The notes beneath the pieces were generated by a model, which had not been told where the DNA came from, ran no database searches, and saw nothing but the letters and a program-made list of their open reading frames with translations. The position numbers were made by a program, and so were the translations under genes. From Roseimicrobium gellanilyticum (GTDB lineage: Bacteria; Verrucomicrobiota; Verrucomicrobiia; Verrucomicrobiales; Verrucomicrobiaceae), in NCBI RefSeq assembly GCF_003315205.1, contig NZ_QNRR01000013.1, positions 131,959-195,958 on the forward strand: a DNA stretch of 64,000 nt. Reading direction: 5' to 3'. The stretch's first letter is position 1. Every line of letters starts with the position of its first letter. Positions 10,190 to 19,875 of the stretch are shown in pieces.

Positions 10190-10315
10190 TACAACTCCTG
10201 CGCTCTTTCAGAGCGCCATGCTTTCCACCGCATACCCAGGGTGTCGGTCGCTTAGGCTCCCTAACCCTGGGCTAGGCTCCTGCTGTCTTTCAGACAGCGA
10301 GCTTCGGTAAGCTTG
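10190..10315. repeat. Right inverted-repeat arm of the transposase unit (reverse complement of 9601-9720).
   Basis: CTCCTGCGCTCTTTCAGAGCGC … CATACCCAGGGTGTCGGTCGCT … CTGCTGTCTTTCAGACAGCGAG mirror the left arm. Confidence 0.8.
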
Positions 10316-10422
10316 CGTGCCTATCATGAATACGCACGCTGAGCTCGAGTTCTCACTGCGAGGGAGACGAGTTCTCGGAAGGCACGAGATGAATGAATCG
10401 ACGCTCATTTGTACTTTCCAAA

Positions 10423-13400
10423 CTACTGCGCCGCCTCCACCACCAGCTTCCCTCCGAGGGCACGACCCTTGAAATTCTGGTCGTACATCGACTCGGCATA
10501 CACTGGCGGTATCACAAAAGTGCCGGCGGCGATGGGTTTGATGCGGTAGGTGAAGACCTGGACGTCGCCTTTGCGCACGTTGGTGAAGAAGACGTTTCGG
10601 TCTTCGCGGACCTCTACGAAATCGGCACCGGGCATGGTGTTGCGGCCGGGGCGCAGGGTGCCCTGCTCCACTTCGAAACTGCCGGGGAGCAGATCCAGCA
10701 GGGCCACGTTTGTCTGGTCTTCGGGACTGATGTTTCGGATTACCAGTTTCACGGTGGCGCTCTGACCGACCTTCAGCTTTTCAATCGGCTTGCCATCTTT
10801 ATCCATAAGCTCACGGAAGACTTCGAAGCCGTCTGTGATCTTGTCCTTGGCATCCCCCTTCTCGAACCCTGCTTCCACCACTTGGTAGAAGGCGCCGAGG
10901 TCTGAGTTGCCCTGATCCAGGTTGAACCGAATCGTGCCGGCATTGGCGCCAAAGGGCACATTCAAGATGCCCGCACTGGGTGGCACCAACAGCTTCGGCT
11001 CCACACCGGCGGCGCGGGCCACTTCGGTGATGCTCAGTTTCACATCGGACTTCTTCGCCAATGCGGTGTAGGCCTTGAGGGCCATGATGCTGGTGGCGCT
11101 GCTGATGGTATTGAAGCGATGCTTCGCGATTGGCTCCGTGATGACGGCGAGATCCTTGTAACCGAAATCACCCGCGATGTTCGGGAAATGGCGGCACATC
11201 AATGCAAAGGCCTGAGCATTGCGGACCTGCGGATCACTCCACCAGCCACCGAGCCAGCGTTCGAAGAACGGCTTGGGATCAGACTTGCGACGATACAGGT
11301 CCATGAGCGTGCGGCCTTCTTTCTCCTGCTTCAGCAACATGTAGGTGCTGGCAAGGTAGGCGGCGCTCAAGGTGCCCTCCCACTTGTCCTTGTACTCCTT
11401 CTCCAGCGTGTCACGGAGATTGAGCACCTGGTTCGTGGTGACTTCGCCGTTGCGCGTGAGCAGGTAGATCGCCGCCGCCTGGAAGTTCGCTTCTTCGAGG
11501 TTCGCTGTCTTGGCGCGGGCCATCTGCTTCATGCGATTGCGTGCGGCATCGAGGATGTCGCTCGGCACGGCATAGCCGGCATCGCGGGCTTCGGTGAGAA
11601 ACTCGGTGACGTACACACTCAGGAAGTCCGGTTTGGCATCGCAGAAGCCGTCCCAGTAGCCGAAGCCACCGTTGCCGTGCTGTCGCGTACGCAAGAGCAT
11701 GAAGGCAGCATCGAGTTGCTCGTTCGCCTCGGCCTTGTCGAAGCCGAAGTCGACTTCATCTGCGAGCAGCAGACGCGACATGGCGCGACTGGTGATCTGC
11801 TCCGAACAGCCGTAGGGATACTCGCGCAGGTAGGACTCCAGGCCGCGTGCCAGGCCGAGTGGCGCCGTGCTCACCGTGGCCGAGGTCTTTCGGAACTCGG
11901 GGAACATGTCACGGTTCACCGCGATGTCCTGCTTCCCAAGCCGGAAGTAACCGCTCTGCACATGCGTCATGTACGGCGTCGCGGGGCGCACGCTCAGTGT
12001 TGTGGATCGCTTCGCCTCTTCCCCACCGGCACTGGCGTGAAAGGTGAGCTCAGCGCCACCCAGTTCCCCCTTCACGCGCACCTTGAAGCGCGCCGTGGCT
12101 TCCTTACCAGGACCCACTTCCAGATTGCTCTCCAGCGGAGGCAGCACTACGAGATGCTCGGTGCCCTCAACCTTCAAGGCGATGGTTCCCGGTGCGGACG
12201 GACCTTCCAGGTTGTTCGCCACGGTGAGGCTTGCGGTGAATTCATCTCCCGGGGCGGCGAAGAAGGGCGCATTCGGCGTGAGCACGAACGGTCCTTTCAC
12301 CGTGGCCTGAGCCTGGGCGGTGCCCACGATGTCCTCCGACACGGCTACAGCCATGATCTTCAGGCTGCCAGCAAAGTAGTCGGGCACATCATAGGTCACT
12401 TCCTGGCGGTCCGGGCCGCACTCTACAAGGCCACTCCAGAAGACGACGGGCGCTTCCTTGCGACGCTTGAAGGGATTGAGGTGCATCTTCAGCGCCACGT
12501 CTTCACTACCGCCGAAGGCCTTCTGCTTCATGAGCTGGCTGAATTCCGGCAAGATGAGATCGAGGATCTGCTCGCTCTCCACTTCGAGCGCGCGCTTGCG
12601 CATGAAGTGCTTCAGTGGATCCGGCAGCTTGTAGTTAGTCACCTGGTGGATGCCTTCATCCACGGCATACACCACGATGCGTCCCGGTTTGGTCGTCTTG
12701 AAACCGATGGTCATGGTGGTGCCGGGCTTCACGCGCTGCGGTGCATCCAGTTCCACGAGCATGCGACGCTTGTTCTCATCCACAGCGAAAGGCTGCACGG
12801 CATAGCTCAAAGGACTGGTGAAGACCTCCGGTGAATCCAAGGCACGCACGAAGGAGACGTTCACGTAACCGGTGCCCTCCAGGCCTTCCGGCACCATGAT
12901 GCTGTGGGTTGCGCTGGGCGTGCCCTGCTTGATCCACTGCCAGCCGAGCACACGGTCACGCTCAATGGTTGCCAGACCAGCTCCCGTGAATGGCGCACGC
13001 AGGCTGAACTCCAGCGGCTGACCGCTCTGCAGGCTCGTACGCGCCAGCTTCATTTCCAGCTCGGCGTCACGTTCCAGGCTGCGCTCGGCGTCACCCTTGC
13101 CTACCACGGTAAAGGCGGTGGCGCACACCACGTTCCCTTCGCCATCGCGCAGCTCGAAGCGGTACTCACCCGCCTTGTTCGTCGGCAGGGTGAAGCTCGC
13201 ACCATCGGCGGCCAGCGGCAGAGCGCCTTCGCTGATGGACTGCTCCCGCTTCGTGGAGACGTAGGCGTAGTTGCCGTTCTCCTGCTTGGTGAGCACGGAC
13301 ACATGCTTGATGTGCAGGATGTGCTGCGTCAGGCCGGGCACGGCCAGCAGGCTCTGGTCCGGCCCCACTGCGATCATCTTCAGGCTGCGTGGTGTATCCA

Positions 13401-16400
13401 ATCCTATGTAGGAAAGGTCGCCATCTGCCTTCCAGCCGACCACATACGGCAGCGGCGCCACCAGGAAGGTCTGCGCGCCACGCACGCTGCGCCCCCCATC
13501 CGGCTCGAACCCTTCCGTGAAAAACTCCGCGCTGAAGACACCGTCGCTGAAGCGCTCCAGAGCCAGGTTGAAGACGGCGTTGCCATTGTCATCCGTGGTC
13601 TGCTCGCCGAGTTGCACCTCCGTGCCTGCAGCGGCGGATTCGTTGTCCTGCTCCTCCTCGTCTTCATCCTTCAAGCGATTGTGGAAGGTGAAGTCGGGAA
13701 ATTTCGGGAAGGAGAAGTTCGCGGGATCCAGCGTGAGCTTGGCCGTCACGCGACGCTTCGCGGCGGGCATGCCGAAGAGTGTCTGTAGATTGATGGTGGC
13801 CTTCACATCACCCGGCTGCACCCAGGCGAGTCCCGGAGGCGTGCTCAGGGTGACGCCCAGCTTCATGCGGTCCGGCTGGAAGTCCTCCACGCGGAAGCCT
13901 GTCCGGCTTAGCAGGATGCGATTCCCCTCATCGTCCGGGTTCGGCAGCAAGTAGAGTCGCGCGGTGTAGGTGCCAGTCGGCGACTCTTCTGCGGTCTCCA
14001 CTTCTGTATCAAAGAAACCGTCTTCACTGAGGGCTATCTGCTGGGTATCGAGCAGTTCCTCTTTCGAGTCACGCACCTCCAGTACGAGGGGCAACCCATC
14101 CAGCTGGCCAGCCCAGTCGCGGCGCTTGGCAATGCCGCCCACGTGTACCTTGTCACCCGGGCGATAGACGCCACGTTCGGTGAAGAGAAAGCCATCCAGC
14201 GCTTCCTTTTCTGAGGCGAGAACACCTTCGATATCGAAGCGCGAGAAATCCAGCAGACGATCCGGCCGATGGAAGGGCAAGAAGGCCACATCATTCCCCG
14301 AGCGGGCGATGACACACACGGGCAGCTTCTCACGACGGAAGTGCTCCACGTTCGGCACGCTGGCGTGACCCTGCGCATCCGTGGTAGTTTCATGCAGGAA
14401 CTCGCCATTCTTCGCCAGCGTGATGATCTTCACCTCCGCCGCGGGTTCACCCTTCATCAGGCTCTGCACGAAGATCTCACGCGAGGCATCCGCATTCCGC
14501 TTTTGCAGAATGCCAAGATCGGTCACGAGGATGAAGCGACTCGCCGCCACATTCTCACCCACGCGCACCCACTTGGCCTCGGCTTCCTCGGAGTCCGTGC
14601 CCACATCCTCGCCTTCTTCGTTCTGCTGCTCATCTTCGTTGCGCTCGCGCACGCCTTCCACGGTCAGGAAGAAGAGACCGCGCGAGGCATCCGGATCATT
14701 GGTGTCCTGGGAGTTCAGTGCGTTGGTGAAGTCAAAGGTGCTGTAGTTCGCCTGGTATTCATTCGGCATCACCACGTCGCGCACTTCGCGGTGCACGCGG
14801 GAGATGTTGTACTCATCGAAGTCCGTTTTCCAGTAGGGCGACTCGAAGTCACCACCCGTGAGCCGGGCGAGGTGATTGATCTGGCTGAAGGGCACGCGAG
14901 CGAGTGTGATGCGCAGGTGCTGCACACCACGGTATTTCAGGCTCAGCTTCTTTTCCCCGTTCAGGGCCAGCACGCCACCGGCACCCTGGATTTCCACTTC
15001 CTTGGGAAGCTCCGGCACATCATCCAGAGCGAGGTGTTCCTTGCCCAGGCGGAAGCCGCCGAGGGCCTGCACACCATTGGTGATGCGTACAAAGAGACGC
15101 CCCACTCCGGGCGGCTGCATCTTGAAGGCGTGCATCGCGGCCATGGGAGCGTCTTCATCCTTCTCTGCCTCCACGCGCTTCAGCGGGATGGGCTTCGAGG
15201 CGCTGATGACCGCCGGGGTGATCTCACCCGTGTTCGGCCAGTCATAGTCTTCCACCGCAGGACCCGCCGGGCTGGCGGCTTTGTCCTTGGGCAAGAGCCA
15301 GACGGAGACATGTTTCTCCAGTTCTTCCCCTGTGACATAGCCGGTCGTTTCCAGGAAGAGGAACTGCTCGGGCTCACCCTCTTCCGTGCGCACGATGTCG
15401 GTGCGTACTTCCTTGATGAAGAAACCGGTGGTCACGTCGGGCACACGCACCTTCGTGGTGACACCCGTTTCGGTCACTGCTCCGCCTTGGGTATTGGCGA
15501 GCCCTTTCGTGAGGGTCACGTTCACAAAGTCTTCCTTCTCCGGAACCGCAATGCGCGTCGTGCGCACATAGTACTCCCGCTGATGCGCCCCTTCCGTCAC
15601 GGTGAAGAAGGTATCGGGGGTCTTGCCCCCGTAGTTGAAGATGGGCGTCTTCCCCAGCACGTCGAGAGTGATGTGTTTCTCCACCTCATCCTTCGTCACC
15701 GGGTGGCTGAAGTTCAGGTTCACCGTGATCTGGTGCACCGAAGGGTCCTTCGGGTCCGTGTAAAACTCACTGCTCGTCACCTTGGCCACGAGCGGCGGGG
15801 TGGTGAATTTCCACTGTGCCTCCTTGAGCTTTGTGGCAGGAGGCAGGGTTTCCTTGTCAAAGGACACAGTGTACTCGTTAGCAGCGGGCCAGTAGTCCTG
15901 CGAAGTCTGGAAGACGAGTTTCTTGTCCGTCACCCATTTCCACTCGCCGGGCATGGCAGGCTTCATGGTCACGCCCTTGGTGGCGGCTTTGCCCACGGAT
16001 TCCAGAGGGGCGATGGAGCTGGAGAAGTCCAGCACCACGGGCTGCACGACCGGTTTGTTCTTCACGATGGGCGTGACGCCCGGAGCCACGAGCTTGCTGG
16101 TGATTTCCCGAATCTCCACCAGTGGCGTGGGTCGCGATTTGTATTTCTCCACCCAATGGTACCACCCGTATCCACCCGCGATCGTCACACCCGTCGCTAC
16201 AATGATCGATGCCCAAACGCCGGGGCCCCGGCGCATGCTATCAAGGACACTTCCGCTGGTGGACACGAGCCACCCGGGAGGCTGGTACTTGAAATCTCCA
16301 AAGACCGCGCGGGAAAGCCGTCCCCAGTTGCGCGGCATCAACAAAGCCAGATGTCGGAACATATAAAGTCTTCCGAGTGGATGTAGTACTGCATCCGGCA

Positions 16401-16410
16401 GTGACAGCAA
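10423..16410 (-). CDS. yfhM: Bacterial alpha-2-macroglobulin (YfhM/ECAM-like, MG-domain protein), ~1995 aa, with a CSEQ thioester-type motif.
   Basis: Enormous beta-rich protein. PYGCSEQITS is the canonical thioester-site context (CxEQ). N-terminal TM segment VWASIIVATGVTIAGGYGWYHWV. Same strand as pbpC, the known conserved A2M partner. Alternative start ATG at 16236. Confidence 0.85.
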   Translation of the reverse strand: MLSLPDAVLHPLGRLYMFRHLALLMPRNWGRLSRAVFGDFKYQPPGWLVSTSGSVLDSMRRGPGVWASIIVATGVTIAGGYGWYHWVEKYKSRPTPLVEIREITSKLVAPGVTPIVKNKPVVQPVVLDFSSSIAPLESVGKAATKGVTMKPAMPGEWKWVTDKKLVFQTSQDYWPAANEYTVSFDKETLPPATKLKEAQWKFTTPPLVAKVTSSEFYTDPKDPSVHQITVNLNFSHPVTKDEVEKHITLDVLGKTPIFNYGGKTPDTFFTVTEGAHQREYYVRTTRIAVPEKEDFVNVTLTKGLANTQGGAVTETGVTTKVRVPDVTTGFFIKEVRTDIVRTEEGEPEQFLFLETTGYVTGEELEKHVSVWLLPKDKAASPAGPAVEDYDWPNTGEITPAVISASKPIPLKRVEAEKDEDAPMAAMHAFKMQPPGVGRLFVRITNGVQALGGFRLGKEHLALDDVPELPKEVEIQGAGGVLALNGEKKLSLKYRGVQHLRITLARVPFSQINHLARLTGGDFESPYWKTDFDEYNISRVHREVRDVVMPNEYQANYSTFDFTNALNSQDTNDPDASRGLFFLTVEGVRERNEDEQQNEEGEDVGTDSEEAEAKWVRVGENVAASRFILVTDLGILQKRNADASREIFVQSLMKGEPAAEVKIITLAKNGEFLHETTTDAQGHASVPNVEHFRREKLPVCVIARSGNDVAFLPFHRPDRLLDFSRFDIEGVLASEKEALDGFLFTERGVYRPGDKVHVGGIAKRRDWAGQLDGLPLVLEVRDSKEELLDTQQIALSEDGFFDTEVETAEESPTGTYTARLYLLPNPDDEGNRILLSRTGFRVEDFQPDRMKLGVTLSTPPGLAWVQPGDVKATINLQTLFGMPAAKRRVTAKLTLDPANFSFPKFPDFTFHNRLKDEDEEEQDNESAAAGTEVQLGEQTTDDNGNAVFNLALERFSDGVFSAEFFTEGFEPDGGRSVRGAQTFLVAPLPYVVGWKADGDLSYIGLDTPRSLKMIAVGPDQSLLAVPGLTQHILHIKHVSVLTKQENGNYAYVSTKREQSISEGALPLAADGASFTLPTNKAGEYRFELRDGEGNVVCATAFTVVGKGDAERSLERDAELEMKLARTSLQSGQPLEFSLRAPFTGAGLATIERDRVLGWQWIKQGTPSATHSIMVPEGLEGTGYVNVSFVRALDSPEVFTSPLSYAVQPFAVDENKRRMLVELDAPQRVKPGTTMTIGFKTTKPGRIVVYAVDEGIHQVTNYKLPDPLKHFMRKRALEVESEQILDLILPEFSQLMKQKAFGGSEDVALKMHLNPFKRRKEAPVVFWSGLVECGPDRQEVTYDVPDYFAGSLKIMAVAVSEDIVGTAQAQATVKGPFVLTPNAPFFAAPGDEFTASLTVANNLEGPSAPGTIALKVEGTEHLVVLPPLESNLEVGPGKEATARFKVRVKGELGGAELTFHASAGGEEAKRSTTLSVRPATPYMTHVQSGYFRLGKQDIAVNRDMFPEFRKTSATVSTAPLGLARGLESYLREYPYGCSEQITSRAMSRLLLADEVDFGFDKAEANEQLDAAFMLLRTRQHGNGGFGYWDGFCDAKPDFLSVYVTEFLTEARDAGYAVPSDILDAARNRMKQMARAKTANLEEANFQAAAIYLLTRNGEVTTNQVLNLRDTLEKEYKDKWEGTLSAAYLASTYMLLKQEKEGRTLMDLYRRKSDPKPFFERWLGGWWSDPQVRNAQAFALMCRHFPNIAGDFGYKDLAVITEPIAKHRFNTISSATSIMALKAYTALAKKSDVKLSITEVARAAGVEPKLLVPPSAGILNVPFGANAGTIRFNLDQGNSDLGAFYQVVEAGFEKGDAKDKITDGFEVFRELMDKDGKPIEKLKVGQSATVKLVIRNISPEDQTNVALLDLLPGSFEVEQGTLRPGRNTMPGADFVEVREDRNVFFTNVRKGDVQVFTYRIKPIAAGTFVIPPVYAESMYDQNFKGRALGGKLVVEAAQ

Positions 16411-16520
16411 GAAACGCAGTAGGGAAATGTTTTTACAATTGGGTGCTTTCGGAAGCCTCGCCTTCCGCTTGACCCCGCCACGGATCGTCCGAAGCTGACA
16501 TTCTTTCCCTCTCCCCTTCC

Positions 16521-17579
16521 ATGAAAGCGCTCACCCTCACTGCCCCCTCCGAGTTTGAATTTGGCGACGCCCCGGCTCCCCAGCCTGCCGCCGGACAGGT
16601 GCTGGTGGATGTGAAGGCCTGTGGCATCTGCGGCAGCGACCTGCATGGCATGGATGGACGCAGCGGCCGCCGCATCCCCCCCATCATCATGGGCCACGAA
16701 GCCGCTGGCGAAATCAGCGCCGTGGGTGAAGGCGTGAGCGACTGGAAGGTGGGCGACCGCGTGACCTTCGACTCCACGGAATACTGCGGCGAGTGCCCCG
16801 ACTGCAAGGCGGGCTTCGTGAATCTCTGCAAAAACCGCCGCGTGCTCGGCGTGTCCTGCGGCGACTACCGCCGCCACGGCTGCTTTGCCGAGCAGGTGGT
16901 GCTGCCCCAGCACATCCTTTTCAGCATCCCGGACGCCCTCAGCTATGAAAAGGCGGCCTTCGCTGAGCCGGTGAGCATCGCGCTGCACGCGGTGAACCTG
17001 GCGCCGAAGCCCAACCAGGGCGCCATGGCCACCACCACCCGGCAGGAATGCGCCGTGGTCGTGGGCGCTGGCTTGATTGGCCTCCTGGTACTACAGGCGC
17101 TGAAGGCGCGCGGCTGGTCCCGCGTGTATGCAGTGGACCTTGATGACTCCCGTCTCGCCCTGGCGAAGAAGCTGGGTGCGGAGGAAGTCTTCAATGCCAA
17201 GGAGGAGAACCTTGCCGCCAAGCTGAAGGAACTCGGCGGTGGCGATGGTCTCGATGCCAGCTTCGAAGTGGTGGGCGCAGCCCAGCCTCTGGACTTGGCC
17301 ATCCGCAGCGTGCGCAAGGGTGGCACCGTGGTGCTGGTGGGCAACCTCCAGCCGAATACCCCCTTCCCCCTGCAGGAAGTCGTCACCCGCCAGATCACCC
17401 TGCGCGGCTCCTGCTCCAGCGCCGGTGAGTATCCGGAAGCCATTGAGCGCATCCAGGATGGCAGCATCCAGGTCGAGCCCCTGCTCAGCATCGTGGCCCC
17501 CCTGAGCGAAGGCGCCCAGTGGTTCCACAAGGGCGTGCAGCCGGGAAATGGGCTGCTCAAGGTGGTGCTGAAGCCTTGA
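16521..17579 (+). CDS. Zinc-dependent alcohol dehydrogenase, MDR family (sorbitol / threonine dehydrogenase-like).
   Basis: CGICGSDLH…GHEAAG catalytic-Zn motif. CGECPDCKAGFVNLC structural-Zn motif. GAGLIGLL Rossmann motif. Confidence 0.9.
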   Translation: MKALTLTAPSEFEFGDAPAPQPAAGQVLVDVKACGICGSDLHGMDGRSGRRIPPIIMGHEAAGEISAVGEGVSDWKVGDRVTFDSTEYCGECPDCKAGFVNLCKNRRVLGVSCGDYRRHGCFAEQVVLPQHILFSIPDALSYEKAAFAEPVSIALHAVNLAPKPNQGAMATTTRQECAVVVGAGLIGLLVLQALKARGWSRVYAVDLDDSRLALAKKLGAEEVFNAKEENLAAKLKELGGGDGLDASFEVVGAAQPLDLAIRSVRKGGTVVLVGNLQPNTPFPLQEVVTRQITLRGSCSSAGEYPEAIERIQDGSIQVEPLLSIVAPLSEGAQWFHKGVQPGNGLLKVVLKP

Positions 17580-17617
17580 GGTGATTTCACCTCAGGGACG
17601 GAAATCCCACTGATTTT

Positions 17618-17737
17618 TAGCCGCAAAAAAGACGCAAAAAACACAAGAGGGATGGCCTCTTGGGTGGCGCTGCACCACTTGAGGTAGCAGTACCCAGCAC
17701 CGATCCCTTTTGAGTTTTTTGCGTCTTTTTGCGGCTA
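17618..17737. repeat. ~24-nt near-perfect A/T-rich inverted repeat (TAGCCGCAAAAAAGACGCAAAAAAC / GTTTTTTGCGTCTTTTTGCGGCTA) with a ~71-nt spacer, between convergent genes.
   Basis: Arms at 17618-17642 and 17714-17737. Arm 2 has one fewer T. The spacer contains a smaller hairpin (CAAGAGG-GATGG-CCTCTTG). Confidence 0.6.
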
Positions 17738-17794
17738 ACTCGGTCTGGTCAACATGCCCACACACGTGAACATGCCGACCGACTCTCAACGTCA

Positions 17795-19051
17795 CTACGG
17801 CTTGTAGTAGCGGCCCATGTACTTGAGGATTTCCGCGCGGAGTTCTTCGCCGTCGATCAGCCCGCTGTGGCGCCAGATGACGCTTCCGTCCGGGGCGACG
17901 AGGACGGTGTGGGGCAGCGGGCCGGGCCACTCGGGATCGAGGGCTTTCACGAGGGCGTCCGGGCTGGGGCCGGTGTAGATGTAGCTGTTGGTGGTGCGGT
18001 TCTCCGCCTTGAGGGAGGCTTTGATTTTGTCCGGCATGGCGGCCTGATACTTCTCCAGGAAGGTCTTCACCTGATCCTTCAGCTGAGGGCGGTCCATGCT
18101 GATGGTGATCATCTCAAAGTCACGCAGGCCGAACTTGCGGGCGGTCTTGGCCAGCTCGGGAAACTCCTCCACACACGGCGCGCACCACGTGGCCCAGACA
18201 TTGAAGAGGCGGACTTTCTTGGTGCCGTTCTTGCGCAGGGCGGCGACGCCATCAGCATCGATGAGTTCCACGTCCACGGTGGCCTTGGCCCATTTCTCGT
18301 CATCCACGGCGACGGCGGATTTTTTGGTGAGCCACTTGGTGGAGCAGCCATGGGGACGCGTCTCCGCCACCGGGACGGGCTTGCCTGCCAACAAAGCTTC
18401 AATGGCATTCTGCGCACTCGGCGTCTTCACGGAACCTTCATCGACGAAGCGCGAGTCATCGAACTCACCCTTGTAGGCCAGCTTCCGCTTGCCATCGAAG
18501 ATGAAGATGTGGGGAGTCGCGAGGCAGCCGTACGCCATGGCCATCGCCTGGGTCTCGCCGTCGTAGAGGTAGGGGAAGTTGAAGCCCTGCTCCTTCGCGT
18601 GCAGCTTCATCTCGGGGAAGCTGTCGTTGTATTTGGAATAGCCCAGCTCATCCGGACGCAGACCCACCGGGTTATTTGGATTCACCGCCACAAAAGTCAC
18701 CCCCTTGTCCTTGGTCTGCTCCACCAGCTTTTTCAGGCGTCCTTCGATGGCTTGCGATTCTGGGCAGTGATTTGAGATGAAGGCGATGACCAGAATCTGC
18801 GCGTCCTTGTAGCTATCCAGCGTGTGCGTCTTGTCATCGATGCCCGACAACGAGAAGGGCGGGGCGACATCGCCGATGGCCAGCTCACGGAAGGCTTCGG
18901 GCATGCCGGAGGATTTTTTCTTGGCAGGAGCGGGGGCCGATGGAGAAGCCGGAACTGGTGCAACCGATTTTGGAGGCTCCGATTGGGCGGAAAGCACCCC
19001 GCCAACAAGTGAAGCAGCCAGCAAATAGAAGAGTCGGACATTCATGATCAT
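17795..19051 (-). CDS. Secreted thioredoxin-fold protein with two TlpA/AhpC-like redoxin domains.
   Basis: Signal peptide MIMNVRLFYLLAASLVGGVLSAQS, start ATG 19051. WCAPCVEEFPEL is a CxxC active site. A second redoxin-like domain has HCPES (CxxS). Confidence 0.75.
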   Translation of the reverse strand: MIMNVRLFYLLAASLVGGVLSAQSEPPKSVAPVPASPSAPAPAKKKSSGMPEAFRELAIGDVAPPFSLSGIDDKTHTLDSYKDAQILVIAFISNHCPESQAIEGRLKKLVEQTKDKGVTFVAVNPNNPVGLRPDELGYSKYNDSFPEMKLHAKEQGFNFPYLYDGETQAMAMAYGCLATPHIFIFDGKRKLAYKGEFDDSRFVDEGSVKTPSAQNAIEALLAGKPVPVAETRPHGCSTKWLTKKSAVAVDDEKWAKATVDVELIDADGVAALRKNGTKKVRLFNVWATWCAPCVEEFPELAKTARKFGLRDFEMITISMDRPQLKDQVKTFLEKYQAAMPDKIKASLKAENRTTNSYIYTGPSPDALVKALDPEWPGPLPHTVLVAPDGSVIWRHSGLIDGEELRAEILKYMGRYYKP

Positions 19052-19083
19052 AGGGGGCGGGCGAAGAGCCAGACACACTTGGC

Positions 19084-19413
19084 TTAGCGAGAGGAAATCA
19101 GAAAAAGAGGTGCAATGCCAACCATCATTCCAACGACGTTCAAGGTGAAGAAAATCGCCCTCGGAACGCGAGCCCTGACCTGCCGTTCGACTTTGTGCAT
19201 AGAAATGCAGCTGAACACCAAGGTCACCGGCGCTCCATATAGGGACACTATCTCGACCATCCCCCAGAACGAGTAAGGCAGCTTGGACCACACCATGCTG
19301 TCTGCGGTGTATGACATGGCTATCGCCGCCACCGTCCCAAGCGTAGCGACACAACTCGCTACAAGCCACCCAAAGGTGGATGATTCAGAGAACGATCCAT
19401 CTCTTCTGCGCAT
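19084..19413 (-). CDS. Small hypothetical membrane protein (109 aa).
   Basis: Three hydrophobic segments. Co-oriented between the redoxin and cupin genes. Confidence 0.35.
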   Translation of the reverse strand: MRRRDGSFSESSTFGWLVASCVATLGTVAAIAMSYTADSMVWSKLPYSFWGMVEIVSLYGAPVTLVFSCISMHKVERQVRARVPRAIFFTLNVVGMMVGIAPLFLISSR

Positions 19414-19428
19414 GGTATCCGCGCCATT

Positions 19429-19818
19429 TTATACCTCAAACTCATCCGCCGGGTCAAACGGCGGCATGGGCACATTGATGATGCGGAGGTTTCCCACGGC
19501 GCGGTGCACGCAGCCGGGGCGGATCATGATGCTGGTCATCGGCTTGAGCGGGATGCGTTCGCCATCCGCTTCCAGATAGCCTTCGCCCTCCAGCACGATG
19601 TAGATCTCCGTCATCTTCTTGTGGTAGTGGAGCTTGCTGTCCACGGAGATGTCCGTGAGGTGCACACTGGCGAGGGTATTCCAGGGTTCCTTGAAGGCCC
19701 GGCGCGCCTGGCCGCAGGGACATGGCGTTGGCGGAATGTCATCGAGCTGGGCAACGGCGAAACGCTTCTGGCCGGAAGCTACAGAGACCGGAGCAATGTC
19801 GGGGGAAGTGGCAGACAT
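19429..19818 (-). CDS. Cupin-domain protein.
   Basis: Conserved cupin motifs: HYHKKMTEIYIVLEGEG (G(X)5HXH…E…G) and PGCVHRAVGN. Confidence 0.7.
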   Translation of the reverse strand: MSATSPDIAPVSVASGQKRFAVAQLDDIPPTPCPCGQARRAFKEPWNTLASVHLTDISVDSKLHYHKKMTEIYIVLEGEGYLEADGERIPLKPMTSIMIRPGCVHRAVGNLRIINVPMPPFDPADEFEV

Positions 19819-19875
19819 GATGACCCAACGAAGCAGGGGCGGGTGATTTCACAAGGAAGAGTGAAATCCGGGTAT

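Larger units (their letters stand above)
9601..10315 (-). mobile_element. REPtron-like unit: tnpA (RAYT / IS200-like) bracketed by inverted ~120-bp REP-like hairpin arrays.
   Basis: Inverted flanking repeats at 9601-9720 and 10190-10315 enclose the 453-bp tnpA. It sits between the A2M gene and pbpC. Confidence 0.75.

Noticed and set aside
11119-16386. Several long + strand ORFs (571 aa, 294 aa, 705 aa) inside the alpha-2-macroglobulin locus.
   Set aside because: They are antisense to a 1995-aa ORF with clear A2M motifs. Their translations are Arg/Gly/His/Val-rich and typical of GC-rich antisense frames.
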